From: a virus
IMG/VR virus record: IMGVR_UViG_3300045988_020612
Span: 1 to 22,787 of that record
Strand: one strand, 5' to 3'
DNA: 22,787 nt
Position 1 is the first letter of the stretch. The number at the start of each line of letters is the position of its first letter. Positions 21,273-22,787 of this stretch are shown piece after piece. The notes under the pieces are model-generated. The model was not told where the DNA came from. It was given only the letters and a program-made list of their open reading frames with translations, and searched no databases. A program made the translations under genes and the position numbers.

Positions 21273-22715
21273 ATGGCAACACATAAAGTCGCTATCTATG
21301 TCCGAGTATCAACCACATCGCAGGTTGACGAGGGCTATTCAATTGACGAGCAGAAAGCAAAGCTAACAAGCTACTGCGAGATAAAGGACTGGAATATATA
21401 TGACATATACACAGACGGTGGTTTCTCCGGTTCTAACACGGAACGCCCCGCACTAGAGCAACTAATAAGAGATGCAAAGAGAAAGCTGTTTGATACTGTA
21501 CTGGTGTATAAGCTAGACCGATTAAGTCGCAGTCAGAAAGATACACTCTATCTGATTGAAGATGTATTTCTGGAAAATGATATAGAATTTGTCAGCCTAC
21601 TCGAAAACTTCGACACCTCAACGCCATTCGGTAAGGCAATGATTGGATTATTGAGCGTGTTTGCTCAGCTCGAAAGGGAACAAATCAAGGAACGGATGCA
21701 GCTAGGCAAATTAGGGCGGGCAAAGTCTGGCAAATCTATGCAGTGGGCAAAGACATCTTATGGCTATGATTACATCAAAGAGACTGGCACGCTCTCAGTC
21801 AATCCATATCAAGCCTTAATCGTCCGAAAGATGTTCGAATGGTATTTATCGGGTATGTCGATAACCAAGCTCAGAGACACCCTAAATGAGCAATATGGGC
21901 AAGATAAAGAATGGAACTATAGAACAGTTAGGGTTATCCTGTCGAATCCGGTATATTGTGGATATAACCAATTCAAGGGTCAGATATTCCCCGGCACCCA
22001 TGAGCCTATCATATCCGAGGAAGATTTTAACAAGACACAAGAGGAAATCAAAACAAGGCAAAGGACAGCCGCCCAGCGATTCAATCCCAGACCATTTCAA
22101 GCTAAATACATGCTTTCCGGTATTGCTCAGTGCGGCTATTGTTCAGCCCCGCTTGCTATCAAGCTAGGCATGATCCGGAAAGATGGCACACGCTTAGTTA
22201 AATACGAGTGTAAGCAGCGACACCCTCGGAAGACCAAGGGCGTGACAGTATATAACAACAATGCAAAGTGTGATTCTGGGTTCTACTTCAAAGATGATAT
22301 CGAGCACTTTGTCTTGACCGAAATCAGCAAACTGCAAACTGATTCAGACTATATCGACAAGCTATTTTCAAACACCGGCAAAGAGACAATAGACCGGGAT
22401 AGCTACCAGAAACAGATTGACAATCTGACCGCTAAAATTAGCAGACTTAATGATCTATACATTGACGATAGGATTTCACTAGAAGAATTGCAAAAGAGGT
22501 CAAGCGACTTCATGGCAGAAAGAACAGCTCTTGAAAAAGAGCTAGACGCTGACAAATCTGCTAAAACCGTAGAGCGCAAGAAAGATATTAGACGGGTGCT
22601 TGACACCAAGGATATCTTCACGCTTGATTATGAGCAGCAGAAAGCCATAGCACGCGCCTTGATAAGCAAGGTTCGAGTGACTAGTGAAACTATCGTTATT
22701 TTATGGAAATTATAG
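21273..22715 (+). CDS. int: Large serine recombinase (prophage integrase)
   Basis: 480 aa. Resolvase catalytic N-terminus VAIYVRVSTTSQ ... YKLDRLSRS. Cys-rich zinc ribbon (CGYCSAPL...YECKQRH). C-terminal coiled coil. Confidence 0.95.
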   Translation: MATHKVAIYVRVSTTSQVDEGYSIDEQKAKLTSYCEIKDWNIYDIYTDGGFSGSNTERPALEQLIRDAKRKLFDTVLVYKLDRLSRSQKDTLYLIEDVFLENDIEFVSLLENFDTSTPFGKAMIGLLSVFAQLEREQIKERMQLGKLGRAKSGKSMQWAKTSYGYDYIKETGTLSVNPYQALIVRKMFEWYLSGMSITKLRDTLNEQYGQDKEWNYRTVRVILSNPVYCGYNQFKGQIFPGTHEPIISEEDFNKTQEEIKTRQRTAAQRFNPRPFQAKYMLSGIAQCGYCSAPLAIKLGMIRKDGTRLVKYECKQRHPRKTKGVTVYNNNAKCDSGFYFKDDIEHFVLTEISKLQTDSDYIDKLFSNTGKETIDRDSYQKQIDNLTAKISRLNDLYIDDRISLEELQKRSSDFMAERTALEKELDADKSAKTVERKKDIRRVLDTKDIFTLDYEQQKAIARALISKVRVTSETIVILWKL

Positions 22716-22787
22716 AGCGTTTTAGTTACATTCATTTCAATCAGTGTAAAAGCTCGTAATTTAACGGCATTCAATTTTTTCAACATC

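Larger units (their letters stand above)
1..22787. mobile_element. Temperate siphovirus-like prophage, partial. The left end is cut inside the head-tail genes and the right end lies just past the integrase.
   Basis: Complete lysogeny module, genetic switch, replication/recombination module, late regulator, terminase, portal, capsid and connector genes occur in canonical order. Gene packing is very tight, with many ATGA/TAATG start-stop overlaps. Confidence 0.9.

Noticed and set aside
22716-22787. attP/attR core downstream of the serine integrase
   Set aside because: No repeat partner or host junction is visible in the window. The site cannot be called from this sequence alone.

Overview
The window holds most of a temperate siphovirus-type prophage from a low-GC Gram-positive host. 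Gene content and an antigen I/II-family LPxTG adhesin suggest Streptococcus, but that is inference. Right end, + strand: the lysogeny module (XRE/cI-like repressor, ImmA-like HExxH protease, PH+SHOCT protein, large serine integrase). It is transcribed divergently from a long minus-strand lytic arm through a switch with two consensus back-to-back promoters and a repeated 21-bp palindromic operator. Reading leftwards, the lytic arm contains: cro-like gene, AntA/KilAC antirepressor, small ORF, wHTH Rep-like protein next to a five-iteron AT-rich putative ori, small ORFs, an inserted cassette encoding a 636-aa AgI/II V-region/GbpC-like LPxTG surface protein, Erf/DUF1351-like/SSB/RusA, many tightly coupled small early genes (MazG-like, YopX), a 658-nt ORF-free interval, an ArpU-family late regulator, TerS, TerL, portal, SPP1 gp7-like protein, scaffold, major capsid and head-tail connector genes. 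The window ends inside the head-tail joining genes. Main points for follow-up: (1) the 658-nt non-coding interval holds two tRNA-like acceptor/T-arm minihelices with compensatory base changes, so it is a candidate large or modular phage ncRNA locus. (2) Three loci share one architecture: a + strand extended -10 promoter over the start codon of a minus-strand gene, followed about 25 nt later by a + strand intrinsic terminator, predicting ~45-nt cis-antisense RNAs. (3) The adhesin cassette sits in the middle of the early operon. (4) A PH+SHOCT protein lies between ImmA and the integrase. All family assignments rest on motifs I read in the translations and on recollection; no database search was run.
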